NCBI RefSeq assembly: GCF_003072485.1
Contig: NZ_CP025989.1
Coordinates: 90,001 to 122,000 of the forward strand
Source: Candidatus Fokinia solitaria
GTDB lineage: Bacteria > Pseudomonadota > Alphaproteobacteria > Rickettsiales > Midichloriaceae
DNA length: 32,000 nucleotides
Direction of reading: 5' to 3'
Numbering within the stretch: position 1 is the stretch's first letter; each line of letters begins with the position of its first letter. Made by a program: the position numbers and the translations under genes. Shown piece after piece: positions 27,686 to 32,000 of the stretch. The notes beneath the pieces are model-generated. The model saw only the letters and a program-made list of their open reading frames with translations. It was not told where the DNA came from and did no database searches.

Positions 27686-29794
27686 ATGTTTTCCATGTCG
27701 CGTAGGGAGGTAAAATCTGATTCCTCAGTCAAAATGTACTTGTGTTCCGGTATACTGAAAGGTGTTGGTGAGCAGATTGGACGAAAAATATACGAGCGTT
27801 TTGGTGAGGAGAGTCTGAAAGTAATGGAAGAAAGTTATGATAGATTGACAGCGATATCAGGAATCAGCTCAAGAAAAGCAAAAGATATACATGATTGTTT
27901 CATGAAAAATAAGCATGAATACAAAAGAGTGATGTTCTTTCAGCGATATAGTATTACACCGTACATAGCTTCTAAGATTATTCAACGGTATGGCGCAAAT
28001 TACGAAGAAGTGATTTCGAAAAATCCTTATAGATTAGCAAGAGAGATCAAGGGTGTAGGATTTTTAAGCGCTGATCGTATAGCTGAAAATTTCGGAATCG
28101 CAAAAAATTCTCAGGAAAGGATAATGGCCGGTATTATTCACGTCATATCCGAATTTGGAATTGACGGTTCTTCCGGAGTAAGTATTGGCACTTTGGCGAA
28201 TAAGAGTGCGATCACTTTAGAAGTATCTTCTGAGGATGTGCTGTCAGCACTTATGATTTTACTGAAAGAGAAGCAGCTCTTCTTATATGAGTATTCATTC
28301 TATTCTGGTGGTAGAAGGATAGAAAGTGAGGAGGAAATCAAGCGTCATCTATACAGTGCTGAAGACGATGTGCAGAGTATTGTAATGCTTCCTGTGTATT
28401 ACCATATGGAAAATGGAATAGCGCGAAAACTCGTACAAATTATCCGTAATAGTGGAAAGAACAAAATTCAATCTCTAGACATAGAAGAAGGATTACATTT
28501 CATTTCGACTGCGTTTAATGTGCAGTTATCAGATGGACAGATCAGTGCTTTTAGAAATATATTCACGCACAAAGTATCAATTATTACAGGAGGGCCTGGT
28601 ACTGGTAAGACGCAGCTAATATTTTCTGTTATTAAAGCAGCAAAACAGCAGATGTCAGATATAAAGATAAAGCTTGTTGCGCCAACAGGTAAAGCTGCGA
28701 AGAGAATAAAAGAGTCTTCAGGAGAGAATGCTACCACAGTTCATAGGTTACTTGAATTTGATCCAGTTATTAGCACTTTCAGGTATAATGAAGAGAACTT
28801 ATTGAAGTGCGATCTGATTGTAGTAGATGAAAGTTCAATGATAGATATCAGATTGATGAATGCTTTATTAAAAGCAGTTTCGTTGGATACTACCATGGTT
28901 TTTGTAGGAGATGTGGATCAGCTGCCATCGGTAGGTGCGGGGCAAGTTCTGAATGATATGATTACGTCGAATATGGTGAAAGTTGCTTACTTAGAGAAGA
29001 TTTTTAGACAAGTGGAGCATAGTAAAATAGTGCAATATGCACATATGATTAAAAATGGCAATGTACCTAGCTTTCAAGCAGGTACTGCAGTATGTGACGG
29101 CGGTGATGTAGTATTTTTTGAAGAAGAGTTACCGGCAAATGTCCCTAATACTGTGATCAATTTGCTTCAAGGAAATATGCTTCGTCTTTTATTTGGATTA
29201 GAGGATAGTAATGAGATGAAACGGCAAAATCTCAGATACATTATGGATAATGTGCAAGTGATATCGCCAATGCAAAAAGGAGAAGCAGGAGTGCGCGCAT
29301 TGAACATTGCTATGCAAGCAAAGTTGAATCAAACGCAAGAGTATGTGAAAGGGCTGAATTATATGTACAAAGTTGGAGATAAAGTAATGCAGGTGGAGAA
29401 TAACTATAGTAAAAAAGTCTTCAATGGCGAAATAGGAGTAATCGAAGGGATAGATGCACAACAAAAAGAAATTCGCGTACTATTCGAAGAAAGGGGAAAA
29501 GTTGCTTACAAAAGAACAGAATTGGAGCAACTGAGTCTTGCATATGCTATTACGATCCATAAATCTCAAGGTTCTGAGTACAGAGCAGCAATCATACCTA
29601 TCATGATGCAACATAGTGTGATGCTTGAGAGAAGGCTGATATATACCGCGCTTACTAGGGTAAAGGATATAGCAATTTTCGTAGGGCAGAAACGCGCATT
29701 TGGGATGGGAGTAAAACGCGCAAATTCGGCAAAAAGGTATACGGCTTTGCGGTATATATTACAGTCTCTTGATGATGGAAAAAATTGTCAATAA
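27686..29794 (+). CDS. recD2: RecD2-like SF1B ATP-dependent helicase
   Basis: N-terminal HhH-like repeats (GILKGVGEQIGRKI, ISGISSRKA, IKGVGFLSADRIA), GGPGTGKT Walker A, LIVVDESSMID, VGDVDQLPSVGAG, ITIHKSQGSEY, YTALTR. Confidence 0.92.
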   Translation: MFSMSRREVKSDSSVKMYLCSGILKGVGEQIGRKIYERFGEESLKVMEESYDRLTAISGISSRKAKDIHDCFMKNKHEYKRVMFFQRYSITPYIASKIIQRYGANYEEVISKNPYRLAREIKGVGFLSADRIAENFGIAKNSQERIMAGIIHVISEFGIDGSSGVSIGTLANKSAITLEVSSEDVLSALMILLKEKQLFLYEYSFYSGGRRIESEEEIKRHLYSAEDDVQSIVMLPVYYHMENGIARKLVQIIRNSGKNKIQSLDIEEGLHFISTAFNVQLSDGQISAFRNIFTHKVSIITGGPGTGKTQLIFSVIKAAKQQMSDIKIKLVAPTGKAAKRIKESSGENATTVHRLLEFDPVISTFRYNEENLLKCDLIVVDESSMIDIRLMNALLKAVSLDTTMVFVGDVDQLPSVGAGQVLNDMITSNMVKVAYLEKIFRQVEHSKIVQYAHMIKNGNVPSFQAGTAVCDGGDVVFFEEELPANVPNTVINLLQGNMLRLLFGLEDSNEMKRQNLRYIMDNVQVISPMQKGEAGVRALNIAMQAKLNQTQEYVKGLNYMYKVGDKVMQVENNYSKKVFNGEIGVIEGIDAQQKEIRVLFEERGKVAYKRTELEQLSLAYAITIHKSQGSEYRAAIIPIMMQHSVMLERRLIYTALTRVKDIAIFVGQKRAFGMGVKRANSAKRYTALRYILQSLDDGKNCQ

Positions 29795-30758
29795 AGTTAT
29801 TCTTGCACGTCCAAGTGGATTCTGTGCTGGTGTGAGGAGAGCGGTAGAAATATTAAACAGATGCTTGGATGCATATGGCACTCCGCTGTATGTGAAACAT
29901 AAAATTGTCCATAATCAAAGAGTTGTTTCGGATATGGAAAAGAGAGGTGTGGTCTTTATAGAAGATATAGAAGAAGTACCATGCAATTCGAATATCGTAT
30001 TTTCTGCGCATGGTGTCAGTAAAGAAGTAGAAGAGAAGGCAAAAGAAAAAAAGTTACGTATTATAGATGCTACATGTCCATTAGTTAAGAAGGTACATAG
30101 AAAGGTAGAAACAATATCTACTTCCGAAATGTATGAATTAGTAGTGATAGGATCGGCAAAGCATCCTGAGATTATAGGTACTATAGGACGTATACCAAAG
30201 CATATACGATACCATGTAATATCTTCTACAGACGAAGCTGAAAGCCTCAATACAGGTAGTGTCAATATACGATATATTACTCAAACAACTCTTAGTGTAG
30301 ATGAAGCACAAGACATAGTAAGTGTTTTAATAAAGCGTTTTCCAAGCATCAAACAAGAGAGTGATATTGATATATGCTATGCTACTCAAAATAGACAGGA
30401 TGGAGTAAAAAAACTCGTAGAAGTAGCAGATGTGATCCTTGTAGTAGGATCAGCTATCAGTTCCAATTCCAATAATTTGGTAAAAGTAGGTATGTATCAT
30501 GGCAAAAAGACATTTCTTATTGAATCACTTAGCGAATTGGATACTATTCATGAAGCAATTCTGCATGTAAGACAGTATGCAGTCGCGCCTATCAATATAG
30601 GTGTTACTGCTGGTGCGTCTACACCCGATGTAAGTATCATTGAGGTGGTAAGTACTTTGCGGAAGCGATATAAAGGAGTAATATATGAGGAGTTGGACGT
30701 GCACAATGAAGACGGTATCTCGTTTAAAATATCACATAAATTTTCTAATTCAAAATGA
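29769..30758 (+). CDS. ispH: 4-hydroxy-3-methylbut-2-enyl diphosphate reductase
   Basis: ILARPSGFCAGVRRAVEI, HKIVHNQRVV, FSAHGVS, DATCPLVKKVH, CYATQNRQD, VTAGASTPD. Start codon among TTG 29769, ATG 29772, ATG 29775; overlaps recD2. Confidence 0.96.
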   Translation: MMMEKIVNKVILARPSGFCAGVRRAVEILNRCLDAYGTPLYVKHKIVHNQRVVSDMEKRGVVFIEDIEEVPCNSNIVFSAHGVSKEVEEKAKEKKLRIIDATCPLVKKVHRKVETISTSEMYELVVIGSAKHPEIIGTIGRIPKHIRYHVISSTDEAESLNTGSVNIRYITQTTLSVDEAQDIVSVLIKRFPSIKQESDIDICYATQNRQDGVKKLVEVADVILVVGSAISSNSNNLVKVGMYHGKKTFLIESLSELDTIHEAILHVRQYAVAPINIGVTAGASTPDVSIIEVVSTLRKRYKGVIYEELDVHNEDGISFKISHKFSNSK

Positions 30759-32000
30759 ATGATCTTATCTCATTTCTACAGAACCGTGGATTTGTATATC
30801 AGTCTACAGATCTGAATGCTACTAGAGAGCTTTTTTCGAATTCCGTTGCTGCGGGATACATAGGATTTGACTGTACAGCAAAATCATTACATATAGGAAG
30901 TTTAGTACAGCTAATGCTGTTATCACACGTAAGAAATGCAGGGCATAACGTGATAATAGTGCTAGGTACCGCTACCACTATGATCGGTGATCCTTCTGAT
31001 AAAACGGAGATGAGGCGTATGATGCCATATGACGAAATTGTCAGTAATAAACGTGCTATCAGAGCGAATCTTCTTCATTTTTTTGGAATAGATGAAGATA
31101 GAGATGGTGTTTTTCATCGGCAGGATAAAGGCGATCTCATTATTGTAGATAACAGAGATTGGTTAATGGATGTGAAGTATGTCGAATTTCTAAGAGATTA
31201 CGGTAAGTATGTGTCAATTAATCGGATGCTTTCATTTGAGCACGTCAAAAGAAGGCTTGAGTTAGATCAGCCACTTTCATTTCTCGAGTTTAACTACATG
31301 TTATTGCAAGCATATGATTTTCTCGAGTTGAATAAAAAGTACAATTGTAGTGTGCAGTTTGGTGGATCAGAACAGTGGGGTAACATTGTCGCAGGAATAG
31401 AACTGGCGAAGAAAGTATCTGGTATTGATACAATGTATGGTGTTACAACTCCACTTATTACCAATTCTAGTGGTGTGAAGATGGGGAAAACGGTGGATGG
31501 TGCTGTATGGTTGAATAGCGATATGAAAAGTTCATATGATTTTTGGCAATTTTGGAGAAGCGTGGACGATAAAGACGTAAGGAGATTTATGCAGTTATAC
31601 ACTTATATGAGCTTAGAGGAGATATCTGAAGTTTGTAATGATAATGATATTAATCAGCAGAAGGTTATACTTGCAAATGCTGTAACTACGATCTGTCATA
31701 GCGCAGAAGAGGCAGAGAAAGCACATGAAAAAGCTTCAGCGATATACGAGAAAAAGAATTTCGATGATGTGCAAAGTTTTACTGTAGATTTCTCTAGAGA
31801 TAAAAGTATTCCGTTATGCAATGTGATGGCTTCCACTGGTATTACATCGTCTATAGGTGAGGCTAAAAGACTGATTAGTGGTGGTGGTGTAAGGATAAAT
31901 GGTATCGTTGTTGAAGATGAGTTACATAATTTATCAAAGGAAGATATAGCCACAGAAAAATGCATCATTTCTATAGGGAAAAAACGTTACTTTAAGTTAG
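30755..32000 (+). CDS. tyrS: tyrosyl-tRNA synthetase (3' end cut by window)
   Basis: Own translation from ATG 30755, open to the last base: YIGFDCTAKSLHIGSLVQL, LGTATTMIGDPSDKTEMR, NYMLLQAYDFLEL, QFGGSEQWGNI, GVKMGKTVDGAVWL, C-terminal S4-like SIGEAKRLISGGGVRING. Absent from the ORF track because no stop is reached. Confidence 0.95.
   Translation, partial: MNDLISFLQNRGFVYQSTDLNATRELFSNSVAAGYIGFDCTAKSLHIGSLVQLMLLSHVRNAGHNVIIVLGTATTMIGDPSDKTEMRRMMPYDEIVSNKRAIRANLLHFFGIDEDRDGVFHRQDKGDLIIVDNRDWLMDVKYVEFLRDYGKYVSINRMLSFEHVKRRLELDQPLSFLEFNYMLLQAYDFLELNKKYNCSVQFGGSEQWGNIVAGIELAKKVSGIDTMYGVTTPLITNSSGVKMGKTVDGAVWLNSDMKSSYDFWQFWRSVDDKDVRRFMQLYTYMSLEEISEVCNDNDINQQKVILANAVTTICHSAEEAEKAHEKASAIYEKKNFDDVQSFTVDFSRDKSIPLCNVMASTGITSSIGEAKRLISGGGVRINGIVVEDELHNLSKEDIATEKCIISIGKKRYFKL

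Overview
AT-rich bacterial chromosomal window, almost entirely core genes. The gene set suggests an alphaproteobacterium of the Rickettsiales/Midichloriaceae type (taxonomy is inference). Supported genes: tRNA-Lys, tRNA-Asn, RNase D, gshA-type glutamate-cysteine ligase, stray F0 b/b' subunit, secD, ispE, UbiH/COQ6-family monooxygenase, lepB, ddl, secY, nuoL, metK, fabD, divergent ftsQ, efp, rplF, mutS, ftsZ, ligA, tgt, recD2-like helicase, ispH and tyrS (cut by the window end). No rRNA, CRISPR array or recognisable transposase/integrase was seen. Two places stand out. (1) A 685-codon ORF (496..2553) between two tRNA genes combines a GHKL/Bergerat ATPase domain with a C-terminal PD-(D/E)XK-like motif; it is a candidate single-gene defence or DNA-processing factor. 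(2) The 3' end of ligA: the expected BRCT domain is absent and replaced by an in-frame tail with 114-bp tandem repeats. The ~1.2 kb non-coding tract downstream (22863..24035) carries diverged, frameshifted copies of the same tail and of a companion ~98-aa ORF. rplF and secY also sit outside any spc-operon context.
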